Positions 18,986 to 29,442 of a stretch of DNA of 64,000 bases are shown here, one piece after another. The notes beneath the pieces are model-generated. The model ran no database searches. It saw only the letters and a program-made list of their open reading frames with translations, and was not told the origin of the DNA. Positions within the stretch are counted from its first letter, which is position 1, and each line of letters begins with the position of its first letter. Both the position numbers and the translations under genes were made by a program. The stretch comes from an archaeon (GTDB lineage Archaea; Asgardarchaeota; Thorarchaeia; Thorarchaeales; Thorarchaeaceae): the NCBI GenBank assembly GCA_024276825.1, contig JAJRWI010000010.1, forward strand, positions 64,001-128,000, in the 5' to 3' direction.

Positions 18986-19688
18986 TCATATTGGTTTAAG
19001 GCTTGATAATAGCTCGCTCATAGAGTTAAAGGAGTAATCTGGTAAGGATGGCCCAAGCCAAGCCTTAGTCAATGGGCAATGTATATCGACTCTAATTGTG
19101 GCAATATCTGTGCTTATACTCTGATATTCGTTTATTGGTCCGGGCTTGTCTTCTACAATGGTCATGTCCTTGAATGATGTTGAGTACTTTTCTTTTAAGA
19201 TGTCTAATGCAAGTTTACGCGACTCGATCGTTTCACCAATAATCAGAACTTCATTAAACATTCCTGCAAGACCACTCTGTTGAATCCTATGATTCTTCAT
19301 GCCAACCTGACCATCATTTCCACATATCACAGCAAGTATCACATCGCATGATTTGAGGAGTTTTAGAAATGACTTGACACCATCTCTTATCTCTGAGAGG
19401 GTTGTGCGTAATTCCCAGAATCTCTTTAGGTAGACCTCCAAATCAACATCGGATGGTACAAACTGATTGAACAGGCGTGGCCACCAAGTTAGACGATTGT
19501 AAATTGTTCTATTATCGTAGAAGTCTTCTAATTGAATTGCCATAGAAACAAAATGGTTGAGTTCTTCATTGATATCAAGTTCAGTTCCAATATGTTTATA
19601 GATTTGGGGGCATGCATGAATAACTATCAACCAATACACCATCAAAATCAAAAGCCCATATTTTTCGGACGGGTTTATTCAGTTTCAA
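18986..19688 (-). pseudogene. HAD-superfamily hydrolase, frameshifted
   Basis: Motif I WAFDFDGVLVDS is in a different frame from the body (motif IV IVEDK). The frames join at the G5 run 19606-19610. Confidence 0.75.
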
Positions 19689-19951
19689 GGGGAGGTTAAT
19701 TCCATGTCATGTCCAAATCGATGACTTAGAAATGAGGTCACTCATTCTCTTTGATGATCTTTGCAAGCGTGGTAGTTTTAAATGCATGTTCTCACCATGA
19801 GTGAAATCATATTCTGTATATTTATTCTCAGAGAGTTATCCAATGTTCCTTTTTGCAACAGTAGGCAATTCAGTTATTCTGAGTAAAGTGGAATATCATC
19901 GACCCCAGCAGTTTTATTCAAGTCGCATTATAGCTGGACAGATGAGGAGTA

Positions 19952-20404
19952 ATGAAGATCAAGTCAAAGTATCCAGAAACCCTTGAGTATAGTGCAACAT
20001 CAAAATGGGATGGAAAGACTGGAGGAATCGCAACTGTCGGTAATGAGAGAGAGATTGTTTATGATACACCTACCACCTATGGAGGCGGCGGTACTGCAGT
20101 CTGCCCTGACGAGATGTTCCTTGCATCAATACTCGGATGCTTAAACAACACATTCCTTGACTTTCAGCGGAAGTTTGAGATGGAACTTTTATCTTTTAAT
20201 CTTAAAGGAAGGGCTACATCAAAGTTTGATAAGGAGGGGTATCAGATCACTGGAATTGAGGTGACTGGAGAGGTTGTGGTCGGAGAGGATGAACTGGAAA
20301 CTGGAAAGCGTTGCGTTGAACTCATGAAAAAGTTCTGCCATCTTTCAAGGTCGATAAAGAAATGTATTCCGATAAAGATTGAAGTCACTGTGAGAGAGGC
20401 ATGA
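19952..20404 (+). CDS. OsmC/Ohr family protein
   Basis: GGGG..CPDEMFLAS..GC and a second Cys in KFCHLS. Confidence 0.88.
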   Translation: MKIKSKYPETLEYSATSKWDGKTGGIATVGNEREIVYDTPTTYGGGGTAVCPDEMFLASILGCLNNTFLDFQRKFEMELLSFNLKGRATSKFDKEGYQITGIEVTGEVVVGEDELETGKRCVELMKKFCHLSRSIKKCIPIKIEVTVREA

Positions 20405-20409
20405 CATAT

Positions 20410-20913
20410 TCACGTCTCCATGTTCTGTATTAGTTCACTTATCCGTTTCATGTACTTCAGAATATTGGCCCAATAGCCTCCCTGAAAGTAGACGCCCTTG
20501 CAGTTCTCACATAACCAAAACACATCATAGTGGCTGAATGTGCGTTCATGCACCAGAGACCGCACACGCTCCTTTTCCGCGCCATGAAGTTCGATAAGCT
20601 TGCCATTACATTTTGAACATCTTGCCCTGCTCGGGTCAACAACGGGCTTAATCTGGAACCTGTGAAGGACTAGGGCAACCTCTTCGTCAACATCACCCCG
20701 CACCAACATACTCTGCAGACCATGTTCTATCGCAGTTTCATGTAACTTCATATCCGAAGTCAATAGGATCCTATTTTCACCCTCAACAATCCTTAAGACC
20801 TCATCATCTTCTATATCTGGTTCATATCGACTATCAAAGCCCAAGAGTCGCAACCAGGTGGCAAGATGCCCAAGCATTGCATCAACAAAGAATAGCATTT
20901 TCTCCGAGTTCAT
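20410..20913 (-). CDS. Mut7-C RNase domain protein (PIN-like plus Zn ribbon)
   Basis: FFVDAMLGHLATWLRLLGFD, RILLT.D, RCSKCN and CENC.GVYFQG. Confidence 0.9.
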   Translation of the reverse strand: MNSEKMLFFVDAMLGHLATWLRLLGFDSRYEPDIEDDEVLRIVEGENRILLTSDMKLHETAIEHGLQSMLVRGDVDEEVALVLHRFQIKPVVDPSRARCSKCNGKLIELHGAEKERVRSLVHERTFSHYDVFWLCENCKGVYFQGGYWANILKYMKRISELIQNMET

Positions 20914-21740
20914 CTTGACGCATCTCGTAACTCTTCAATTGTTGAGAGAGAAACAGCGACATCCCCCAGTTGGACCTCATGATCATCGCCATGGAAGTCA
21001 GTACCACCAGTTTCAATTAGATCAAGGCCCTTTATGGCAGTAGACAATCGTTTATGATCTTCTTCAGTCGGATAGAACGGATAAGCATAGTGGGTTTCAA
21101 CACCCATAAGACCAGAGTCAACGAGAGCCGATACAAACTCCCGCAAGTCAATGTTCTTGATCAATAATGGATGTGCAAGAACAGGGACTGCCCCCACTTG
21201 TTTCAATAGTCTTACTGCATCAATTGATCTCATTTTTGCCTTTTTTACATAAGCAGGCCTACCAGTAGCAAGGAATCTCATAAAGGCATCATCAATGGAT
21301 GATGTGATACCTAATTCAGTCAGGACTCTGGCAAGATGTGGACGGCCGGGCGAGGTGACTCCCTTCAATATTTCTTGAATTGATTCGTCTGGAATCTCAT
21401 AGCCGAGAGATCTCATCTTTTCCACCATTTTGGGAAAGCGTTTCTCACGAGCAAGCTGAAGTTCTTTGAGTTGTTGGTTCAGCTCAGCAGAGTCCATGGG
21501 AACAAAATAGCCAAGAATATGCACTTCATTGCCCTCATGTTCTGTGCTTATCTCAATGCCGGGCACACGCATAATTTTGGTTTCCACTTTTAAGAATTCA
21601 GACAGTCCATCTATCGTGTCATGATCTGTTAATGCCAGACCACCTAAGCCGATTCTCTCAGCAAGGCGTATCAGTTCAATTGGAGAATATAGTCCATCTG
21701 AGAAGTTGGAGTGGGTGTGAAGATCAGCAAGTTGTTTCAT
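20910..21740 (-). CDS. PHP-domain phosphoesterase (TrpH/YciV-like)
   Basis: DLHTHSNFSDG, LTDHDT, GIEIS, GRPH, LAHP and GGTDFHG. Confidence 0.92.
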   Translation of the reverse strand: MKQLADLHTHSNFSDGLYSPIELIRLAERIGLGGLALTDHDTIDGLSEFLKVETKIMRVPGIEISTEHEGNEVHILGYFVPMDSAELNQQLKELQLAREKRFPKMVEKMRSLGYEIPDESIQEILKGVTSPGRPHLARVLTELGITSSIDDAFMRFLATGRPAYVKKAKMRSIDAVRLLKQVGAVPVLAHPLLIKNIDLREFVSALVDSGLMGVETHYAYPFYPTEEDHKRLSTAIKGLDLIETGGTDFHGDDHEVQLGDVAVSLSTIEELRDASR

Positions 21741-22140
21741 TGTATCGAGCCTCTCTTACAAGGGTTTCAACAAGTCTTTTGGTCTTATGGCATACTTTTC
21801 TAATATCCAATCTGGTCAATGTTTCACGCGATGGACAGTCCCGGTCGGCAACACATTTCCTCTTCCGCATATCATAGACCACAGGATAATACCTACATCC
21901 TTCAGGCCGAGAGTCATAGATCTTGCACTTTTTTGTTATTGGATCATAGAAGAAACAGTGATCTTCAATATTCTTCAGTTGGCAGAACCCATCATCCGTC
22001 TTGAAGAGAAAGGCCCGCTTTGAAAAGCCAAGAGCGGTTATTCGTTCAATGTCTTTTCGTGTCAGGGTCATCTCCGTGTTTATGCAACACAACTTGACCT
22101 CATCGCATGTCCCATCATGGTTGCATTGAAAAGGTGTCAA
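21724..22140 (-). CDS. YkgJ/UPF0153 cysteine-cluster protein
   Basis: C..C...CC, CFFYD...CKIYDSRPEGCRYYP. Confidence 0.85.
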   Translation of the reverse strand: MTPFQCNHDGTCDEVKLCCINTEMTLTRKDIERITALGFSKRAFLFKTDDGFCQLKNIEDHCFFYDPITKKCKIYDSRPEGCRYYPVVYDMRKRKCVADRDCPSRETLTRLDIRKVCHKTKRLVETLVREARYNETTC

Positions 22141-22274
22141 GTTGCGTTGATCTCCATAAAGTGGTCAGATTGCGGTTTATTGGGTCATCACGATGGCAAT
22201 CGCTCACCATCCCTACTTCATCATCATCCCGCTATCTGCTATGCAAGTTTGTTATAAGAATTATACTGAATCGC

Positions 22275-22508
22275 TTATTCTCTCGTCAGACGTCGAACAA
22301 ATGAGCTAGATCTTATTGGTGTGTCCATATCCTTGTTCTTAGTCATGGTCAGTCTAAATTGGCTAGGCGCCTTTCCAGTCAATCGCTGATATGCCTGTGA
22401 GTGTACTGTATATATATAGTCAATCAGTTCGTTTGACTGTTGAACGGCACCAAGCCGGAGATGTATGGTCTTATTGAAAACAGACATGATCTTGTCAATC
22501 AGTTTCAT
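22275..22508 (-). CDS. Hypothetical protein
   Basis: A 77-aa ORF occupying an intergenic gap. No motif. Confidence 0.35.
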   Translation of the reverse strand: MKLIDKIMSVFNKTIHLRLGAVQQSNELIDYIYTVHSQAYQRLTGKAPSQFRLTMTKNKDMDTPIRSSSFVRRLTRE

Positions 22509-22640
22509 TAATCATTCACAAACAATTAATGTTAGGTTCACTCAAAAGACTTTCCAAGTGGTCATCTTTGTTCTCCAAGCAAACTTCTAAATAGAACATT
22601 CTTAGAGAAAAGTCAATCAGTATCGTAGGTTGATGACTAA

Positions 22641-24452
22641 ATGCGAATCGCCATCATAGATAGAACGAGATGTAGACCCAAGGACTGCAGTCATGAGTGT
22701 CAGAGATTCTGTCCCAGAGTGCGTACCGGCGATGAAACCGTAGTGTTTCCAGAGGGGCCAACAAAGCCACCAGTAATCGTTGAGGCCCTTTGTTCTGGAG
22801 AGGGGATCTGCGTAAAGAAGTGCCCCTACAAATGCATTAGCATCATCAATCTACCTGAGGAGCTAGATGAAGACACAAGTCATAGATACAGCCAGAATGG
22901 GTTCAAGCTGTTTAGACTGCCCATCCCAAAGGAGGGCAAAGTGCTTGGTCTGATAGGACCCAACGGTGTTGGAAAGACCACATCTTTAAGAATACTTGCA
23001 GGGGAGCTGAAACCAAACCTGGGACGCTATGATGACCCTCCTGAATGGGAAGAGATAATCACTGCATACAGGGGGTCTGAGATTCAGCCATTTTTTGAGA
23101 GAATGCGTGACGGGCGGATAGTCCCAATCCATAAGCCACAGAGTATTACCGATCTTCCCAAGGTCAAAGAGATTGCTGACAAACCAATCAGTGAGTTGCT
23201 TGAAACTGCAGACTCTTCAGGCAGGTTGTCCGAATTAAAAGAAGATCTTAGCCTTCAGACCATCTGGGACCGCGAGATAAAGTATCTGAGTGGTGGAGAA
23301 CTTCAGAGAGTAGCAATCACTGCTGCAATCATTCGAGAAGGAGACATATACTTTTTCGATGAGCCAACTGCTTATCTGGATGTGCGTGAGAGACTTCGCG
23401 TCGGCAAGGCAATCCGGACATTATCAGAGATGGGCAAGACTGTTATAGTGGTAGAGCATGACCTGTCAATACTTGATTATGTGTCAGACCTTGTTTGTAT
23501 ATTCTATGGTAAGCCGGGAGCATATGGTATTGTTTCACACCCGCATGGAACGCGCGTAGGGATCAACATATTCCTTGATGGATACATTCCAGATGAGAAC
23601 ATGCGATTTCGCGACACAAGCATCTCATTCAAGGGCATGACTGGAGATCAGGAGGACTGGGTCAGTTCTGAAATCCTTTTTGAATATGGAGATATGAAGA
23701 AAGAGTTTGAAGGATTCAGGCTGGAGGTCAGAGGCGGAAGGGTTTCAAAGGGCCAGGTTGTTGGAATTCTTGGCGCTAATGGAATTGGTAAGACAACTTT
23801 TGTCAAGATGCTTGCAGGCATTCTGAAACCTGATGAGGGGGAGGTGCCAACTCACACAAAGGCGGGCTTTGAGTTGAGAATCAGCTACAAGCCCCAGTAC
23901 ATCGAGACTGATTACCCAGGCAATGTCAGGATGTATATCAGAGAGGCTGGAAGTGAGGCTATTGACTCTGCAGATTTTAGAACTACTGTGATTCGAAGAC
24001 TTGAGCTTGAGGATCTTATGGACCATCCAGTTTCAGACCTGAGCGGAGGGGAGCTTCAGAGGGCGACTATTGCGCGTTGCCTTGCACAAGAGGCAGACAT
24101 CTATCTGTTTGATGAACCATCAGCATTTCTTGATATTGAGCAGCGCCTTGCTGTTTCTAGAGCAATCAGGCGAATTGTGCAGACTCGAATGAAGACTGCA
24201 TTTGTTGTAGAACACTCTCTCTTGATGGCAGACTATCTCAGTGATAGCATGGTTGTTTTCAGTGGCATGCCTGGAAAGCATGGCAAGGCTTCCACCGTCA
24301 CGCCCCTGAAGGATGGAATGAATGCCTTTTTGAGGATGATGGGAGTCACATTCAGGAGGGACCCTCAGAGCGGGAGACCTCGTGTAAACAAATACGGGTC
24401 TCAGTTAGACAGTCAGCAGAAGGCTGCAGGAAACTACTATTATTCGGGATGA
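22641..24452 (+). CDS. rli: Ribosome recycling ATPase aABCE1/RLI1
   Basis: N-terminal Fe-S cysteines, two ABC domains (LSGGELQR twice) and C-terminal GRPRVNK..SQLD..QK..GNYYY. Confidence 0.97.
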   Translation: MRIAIIDRTRCRPKDCSHECQRFCPRVRTGDETVVFPEGPTKPPVIVEALCSGEGICVKKCPYKCISIINLPEELDEDTSHRYSQNGFKLFRLPIPKEGKVLGLIGPNGVGKTTSLRILAGELKPNLGRYDDPPEWEEIITAYRGSEIQPFFERMRDGRIVPIHKPQSITDLPKVKEIADKPISELLETADSSGRLSELKEDLSLQTIWDREIKYLSGGELQRVAITAAIIREGDIYFFDEPTAYLDVRERLRVGKAIRTLSEMGKTVIVVEHDLSILDYVSDLVCIFYGKPGAYGIVSHPHGTRVGINIFLDGYIPDENMRFRDTSISFKGMTGDQEDWVSSEILFEYGDMKKEFEGFRLEVRGGRVSKGQVVGILGANGIGKTTFVKMLAGILKPDEGEVPTHTKAGFELRISYKPQYIETDYPGNVRMYIREAGSEAIDSADFRTTVIRRLELEDLMDHPVSDLSGGELQRATIARCLAQEADIYLFDEPSAFLDIEQRLAVSRAIRRIVQTRMKTAFVVEHSLLMADYLSDSMVVFSGMPGKHGKASTVTPLKDGMNAFLRMMGVTFRRDPQSGRPRVNKYGSQLDSQQKAAGNYYYSG

Positions 24453-24486
24453 GTTTGGGCAAGTCTAGGCTGGTCCAGTTGATTGT

Positions 24487-25323
24487 TCATAGTCCCCGGG
24501 ACCAGTATCGCTTTCCCTTTGCTCTGCGCTCTTCATCCAATTCCGCAAGGATTCTCACAGCCTCATTGCCGCAATTGATCACATCTTCTTCTCCACGAAC
24601 AGCAAACTCATTTGTCACTCTATTTGCATAAACCGCACAGACAGCACCTGCTCTGAATCCATAGATATTTGCAAGAGTCAGAAGTGTGGCAGCCTCCATC
24701 TCAAAATTGGCCACATTTGCAGCCTGAAGATCTTCAATCAGAGACCTGCTTTCAGTGAATGTATATCCGCCAAACCCTGGACGTGACTGACCCAAGTAGA
24801 ATGAGTCTGTGGATGCTGAGATTCCTAGGTGATAGTTCAGGCCAAGGGCTTCTGCGGCCTCTATGAGAGCAAGGACTATTTCATAGGATGCAGAGGCAGG
24901 GTACTCGGGTCGCACATACTGCTTACTCGTCCCCTCAAGTCGAACAGCAGCAGTAGTAATGATCAGATCTCCAATGTCAATCTCTCTCTTTAGTGTGGCA
25001 CAGGAACCCACTCTAATAAAATCGTGAACCCCAACATTTGCCAACTCTTCAATGGCAATCGCAGTGCCAGGACCGCCAATGCCAGTGGAACATGCAGTAA
25101 TTGGAACTCCCTTGTAGAATCCCGTGTGAGTCACATACTGACGGTGGACCGCCTTTTCCTCAAAACTGTCCCATTTTGCACTGATCTTTCTCACTCTTTG
25201 GGGGTCGCCTGGAAGTAGTGCTATCGTGGCAACATCGTCTTCACCAACCTCAATGTGATACTGTTTTCTATCAGGGGTCACAGGTCTATCTGCATCAACA
25301 ATATCCTTTGGCATTCTTCTCAC
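24487..25323 (-). CDS. udp: Uridine/nucleoside phosphorylase
   Basis: QYHI, LLPGDPQR, STGIGGP, RVGSC, RLEGTS and FEMEAA. Confidence 0.92.
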   Translation of the reverse strand: MRRMPKDIVDADRPVTPDRKQYHIEVGEDDVATIALLPGDPQRVRKISAKWDSFEEKAVHRQYVTHTGFYKGVPITACSTGIGGPGTAIAIEELANVGVHDFIRVGSCATLKREIDIGDLIITTAAVRLEGTSKQYVRPEYPASASYEIVLALIEAAEALGLNYHLGISASTDSFYLGQSRPGFGGYTFTESRSLIEDLQAANVANFEMEAATLLTLANIYGFRAGAVCAVYANRVTNEFAVRGEEDVINCGNEAVRILAELDEERRAKGKRYWSRGL

Positions 25324-25461
25324 CTCTGAGTTAGAATACTTGCAGCTATTTAATTTTGAAGTATCAAAACTATTATATGACTGTAAAATAGTGGGTGAAT
25401 GGAATTCGTGGGATTTCCGAAAGGTCTATTACGGGACTGATTCGGGAAGGCGCCATAGAGA

Positions 25462-25477
25462 GAGCGTGTTCACGCTC
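25462..25477. promoter_or_regulatory. Palindrome upstream of FBP aldolase/phosphatase
   Basis: GAGCGTG-TT-CACGCTC, 30 nt upstream of the ATG at 25508. Confidence 0.35.
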
Positions 25478-25507
25478 GGGTCAAATACCAAATGGAGCGA
25501 ACTGGGA

Positions 25508-26656
25508 ATGGTAGAAACAACTATCAGCGTTATAAAAGCGGACATTGGTTCTCTTGCTGGTCATGTTATTGTTCCTGATTTTATTTTGGAACTTGCAAGA
25601 AAGTCCCTAAAGGATGCTGTAGAGAGGAAGATAATCAATGACTTCCATGTGACTCACGCAGGTGATGATCTCGAACTGATTATGACACATCACAAGGGTG
25701 AGAATAATGAAGAGGTTCACAAACTGGCATGGGATACATTCTTAGCATGCACAAAGATGGCTCGTGAAAAGAAAATTTATGCTGCAGGGCAAGACATTCT
25801 TTCTGACACATTCAGTGGTAATGTAAAGGGTATGGGCCCAGGATCTGCTGAGATGTCATTTGAGGAACGAAAGTCGGAGCCAATTGCAGTCTTCATGGCA
25901 GACAAGACTGAGCCAGGAGCATTCAATCTGCCCCTCTTCAGAATATATGCAGATCCATTCAACACCGCAGGTCTAGTCATCGATCCCAACCTGCATAATG
26001 GATTCAGGTTTATCATTCAAGACATTAAGAAGGATGTTCCATCTTTCATCGAGTTCAAATGTCCAGAAGAGATGTATGACTTGCTCGCACTCATCGGAAG
26101 CACAGGACGTTATACCATCAAGAAGGTCTATCGCTCTGATGGGATGGTTACGGCGGCTGTCAGTACAGACAAACTTCACAACATTGCTGGCAAGTATATT
26201 GGCAAGGATGACCCAGTCGCCATTATTAGAGCGCATTCTGGACTGCCTGCCATGGGTGAGGTGCTAGAAGGCTTCACAATACCTCATCTTGTTTCAGGCT
26301 GGATGCGTGGGTCTCATGCAGGACCACTAATGCCAGTTGGTGTAAAGGACTCCAGATGTACACGCTTTGATGGTCCGCCTCGTGTAATTGGTCTGGGATT
26401 CCAAGTATCTAACGGGATGCTTGTTGGTCCAGTCGATCTGTTTGAAGATGTTGCGTTCGACATCACTCGACAAAAGGCCATGGAGATCGCACATTATCTG
26501 AGACAGCATGGACCATTCCAACATCACAGATTAGGCGAACAAGACATGGAATACACCACACTACCAGCTGTTTTGAAAAAGTATGAGGGTAGATTCTCCA
26601 ACGAGGAGATTATCCCAAAGGCTGAGATTAAAGAAACAGGGGATCCTGCCGAGTGA
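25508..26656 (+). CDS. fbp: Bifunctional fructose-1,6-bisphosphate aldolase/phosphatase (class V FBPase)
   Basis: SVIKADIG, GDDLEL, YAAGQD, DKTEPGAFN, GKYIGKDDP and GWMRGSH. Start moved to 25508. Confidence 0.96.
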   Translation: MVETTISVIKADIGSLAGHVIVPDFILELARKSLKDAVERKIINDFHVTHAGDDLELIMTHHKGENNEEVHKLAWDTFLACTKMAREKKIYAAGQDILSDTFSGNVKGMGPGSAEMSFEERKSEPIAVFMADKTEPGAFNLPLFRIYADPFNTAGLVIDPNLHNGFRFIIQDIKKDVPSFIEFKCPEEMYDLLALIGSTGRYTIKKVYRSDGMVTAAVSTDKLHNIAGKYIGKDDPVAIIRAHSGLPAMGEVLEGFTIPHLVSGWMRGSHAGPLMPVGVKDSRCTRFDGPPRVIGLGFQVSNGMLVGPVDLFEDVAFDITRQKAMEIAHYLRQHGPFQHHRLGEQDMEYTTLPAVLKKYEGRFSNEEIIPKAEIKETGDPAE

Positions 26657-26688
26657 GGTGGTGAGCACCACCTCACCACATCTTTTTT
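26653..26688 (+). terminator. Hairpin plus T-tract after fbp
   Basis: GTGAGGTGGTG-AG-CACCACCTCAC followed by TTTTTT. Confidence 0.6.
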
Positions 26689-26695
26689 GGTGGAA

Positions 26696-27523
26696 TCATT
26701 GGGTTCTGGGCACTCTAGGTGCAAGAGTAAAGTTGATCTTTCGACCATCTAAACCGTTCGAAGATATCGTGAGTGGCTTGTTGTTTGCCATGGATATTGT
26801 AATGCGATCATCAGGAATGAAAAGGGAAAGCCCCTTTAACAAATAGTCAATGTCATAATGTGAAACGATTAGTGATTCATTGATCTCCACATTCCAAATT
26901 CTATTTGAGTTCTGTAGTGTTTCATTAGAGAGAGTACCATCTTCAGTGTATATCTCAATGGATACATATGACAATTGAGATTCTTCACCATCATGAATGG
27001 TCAGTTTTGCCCCATTTGTCCGATTCTTGAATGGAAGTAGAATGTCATACAGTGTTCTCATTATGAGTGTGAAGGAACCAAGAACATCAAACTTTGGGGT
27101 CCGTTGAAACTGAGATATAGGAAGAACTTTGATCTTGTTTGAAATGCTTGATCGACCAACAGCCTTGATTCTTAAGGTGTCTGAGTTTTGAGAGGAGAAG
27201 TCAATTATAACGGCAGTTGATGCTTGTTGGATGCTGTTCATGAATTCACGGGGATTTATTGATAGCTGAATTGCAGAGTCTTCAGATTGAAATTCAAAAC
27301 CTCTAAAGAATTTTGGACTGAATGTACAATCAACAAAGGCTGTGTTTCTGCAATCTGGTTGTCTGATGCAAAGGCCATTGGAGTCAACAGTGATTATCAA
27401 TTCATCAAGCAGGGAGATGCAGCCATGAAAGAGTTTCTTGAATCGTCTCACACTTGTCGGAGTTATCACTCTCAATGTGAATGATTCATTGCTCTTGGTT
27501 TGTAAATCGGTAATCTCACTCAT
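26696..27523 (-). CDS. Divergent PCNA-family sliding clamp
   Basis: FKKLF..ISLLDE......GL.IRQPD..NTAFVD..F...FF, Y.IDYL.K, NKPL and C-terminal F.LAPR. Confidence 0.78.
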   Translation of the reverse strand: MSEITDLQTKSNESFTLRVITPTSVRRFKKLFHGCISLLDELIITVDSNGLCIRQPDCRNTAFVDCTFSPKFFRGFEFQSEDSAIQLSINPREFMNSIQQASTAVIIDFSSQNSDTLRIKAVGRSSISNKIKVLPISQFQRTPKFDVLGSFTLIMRTLYDILLPFKNRTNGAKLTIHDGEESQLSYVSIEIYTEDGTLSNETLQNSNRIWNVEINESLIVSHYDIDYLLKGLSLFIPDDRITISMANNKPLTISSNGLDGRKINFTLAPRVPRTQ

Positions 27524-27563
27524 GGAAGTTATTCTTACTGATGCAATTTAAACTCAGCAAAGA

Positions 27564-28856
27564 CTACTGGGTAGTACTCGCCAATGAAATATGCTGATCA
27601 ATTACTCCAGAGGACAATGATTCTTTGAATATGCTCTTGATTATGATGACATTAATGGCTAATGTAATTAATTCAAGAAAACCTGCCACAAGAAATGCGG
27701 TTACAAAATCAGCAAATGTCATAAGAATCCCAAATACAATGGGTCCAATAACAATCCCCAGATTCCCCATGAAGTTGAAAAAGCTCATGCCCATGGCTGA
27801 CTCCTCCCGTCCAACTGTGTCACCAACAAGTGCAATTGAGGGAGGCGCAGTGACGCCAGAGAAGACTCCCAGTAAGATGAGCATTGATAGGAATATGGGA
27901 AATCCAAAGGATCCGAAGTATCCTAACAGTAAGAGGATGATTCCATAACCTAGACTACCAATAACAAGAGGTCTGTAGCGACCATACTTGTCGGATAGTT
28001 TTCCCATCGGGTATTGTAATATTATAAATGGCATTGCAAAGAGTCCAAGTGCCATTCCTCGCAATGATTCAGACAGTCCAAGAACCGTAGACAGAAACAA
28101 TGGCAGAGCAACCAGGATGAAACCAATATGTAATCTGTCTATGAAATTGAATAGGCCAGGAACAAACAACTTTGGATGTCTTTTGGCTATCGTCAGGCTC
28201 TGCCTTAATGTTGGGCGAGCCTTTTTCAAAGATGGTTCTTTCAACCAAGCAATGGCTGTCAAGAAGACAACAACATTCAATGCTGCTGCATAGTAGTACG
28301 GCATAAACACACCATAGGAAGATATTACACCTCCAAATGCGGGACCCAATCCCATTGCAAGAGCTAGGAACGCTCCGAATATCCCCATGTTTCTACCACG
28401 ATTGTGAGATCCAGAGTAGTCTATTGCCAGAGTCATGAGCGTTTGCCACACCATGACAGTAAATGCACCTTGAATGAATCTGAATGCTAATAATAGTGGA
28501 TATGACTGGGCAGTGGTCATGAGCCAATAAAAAATGACAGACCCGAATGACCCTGTATATACAAAGCTCCGACGTACACCCAGCTTGTCCGAGAAAGCAC
28601 CCACCATAAGGCCAACTAATAAATAAGACAGATATAATACCCCATCAAACAGAGAGTATTCGAACTCAGTAATGTCAGCAAACCTATTAAGAATGAATTC
28701 GGGCTGGTTCACATGGAGTAGAGCAGCAGCAGTTATGGAGAAAAGTGTGAGAACACCTACTACAATAATTGATCGAGTTTTTTCGACCCCTGTTTGCTCA
28801 GAAATTGGCACTTCATTCATAGGCATCAACTTGGTCATATTCTTTAGTATCGACAT
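27564..28856 (-). CDS. MFS transporter
   Basis: About 12 TM helices with motif A repeats GAFSDKLGVRR and GKLSDKYGR. Confidence 0.9.
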   Translation of the reverse strand: MSILKNMTKLMPMNEVPISEQTGVEKTRSIIVVGVLTLFSITAAALLHVNQPEFILNRFADITEFEYSLFDGVLYLSYLLVGLMVGAFSDKLGVRRSFVYTGSFGSVIFYWLMTTAQSYPLLLAFRFIQGAFTVMVWQTLMTLAIDYSGSHNRGRNMGIFGAFLALAMGLGPAFGGVISSYGVFMPYYYAAALNVVVFLTAIAWLKEPSLKKARPTLRQSLTIAKRHPKLFVPGLFNFIDRLHIGFILVALPLFLSTVLGLSESLRGMALGLFAMPFIILQYPMGKLSDKYGRYRPLVIGSLGYGIILLLLGYFGSFGFPIFLSMLILLGVFSGVTAPPSIALVGDTVGREESAMGMSFFNFMGNLGIVIGPIVFGILMTFADFVTAFLVAGFLELITLAINVIIIKSIFKESLSSGVIDQHISLASTTQ

Positions 28857-28990
28857 TGCTATTCATGATCACAGGTAATTTAAATATAGTTAAGCATGCC
28901 AAGGTGTTTGATACATGGTTAGGGGAATGATTTCAGAAACAGATGGATTTGAGCTCATTAATGAAAAGTGCATGCATAAATGCTTCATCA

Positions 28991-29305
28991 TCATGCGGTG
29001 CGTTTGATTATGTGATATCCAAACTGCGTCTTGACAGGTGTTGTGGTCATTGCACCTACTGATAGTTTGAATGCCGCCTGCTCAAACTCAGGAACCATTG
29101 CTCCCCTCCCGAAGAAGCCGAGGTCTCCACCTTTCTTTTTCGAGGGACATTGGCTGAACTGGCGGGCCATCTGTGCAAAGTCAGCGCCATCGGATATCTT
29201 TTGAATGATCTCTAATGCTTGACTGTGCTTTTCCACGAGAATATGGCTCACACGGATTTTTCCACCCTTTCCTTTTTTCTTGCCTTTTGCCATTCGATTC
29301 ACCAA
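28991..29305 (-). CDS. Parvulin-type peptidyl-prolyl cis-trans isomerase
   Basis: [26 protein letters not shown] and TQFGYHII. Confidence 0.95.
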   Translation of the reverse strand: MVNRMAKGKKKGKGGKIRVSHILVEKHSQALEIIQKISDGADFAQMARQFSQCPSKKKGGDLGFFGRGAMVPEFEQAAFKLSVGAMTTTPVKTQFGYHIIKRTA

Positions 29306-29442
29306 TAGTCAGGATTGAGTGTGATTGATTATCAACTGCCTATAACTCATTCCATATCAGCTTCCAGTGTATAATACCCCAATGTGCATCTGGAAAAGAC
29401 ACCATTTCATTAGTGATTCTGGCAAATGAATTGATGGTTATA

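Noticed and set aside
19801-19986. 61-aa ORF upstream of osmC, and the many short antisense ORFs in the track
   Set aside because: They overlap stronger genes or promoter regions and show no motifs, so they are treated as spurious.
25340-25507. N-terminal extensions given by the ORF track for fbp (also cbiM, mre11, HIT, DUF296)
   Set aside because: Family homology begins at downstream ATGs, and the extensions overlap promoters or neighbouring genes.
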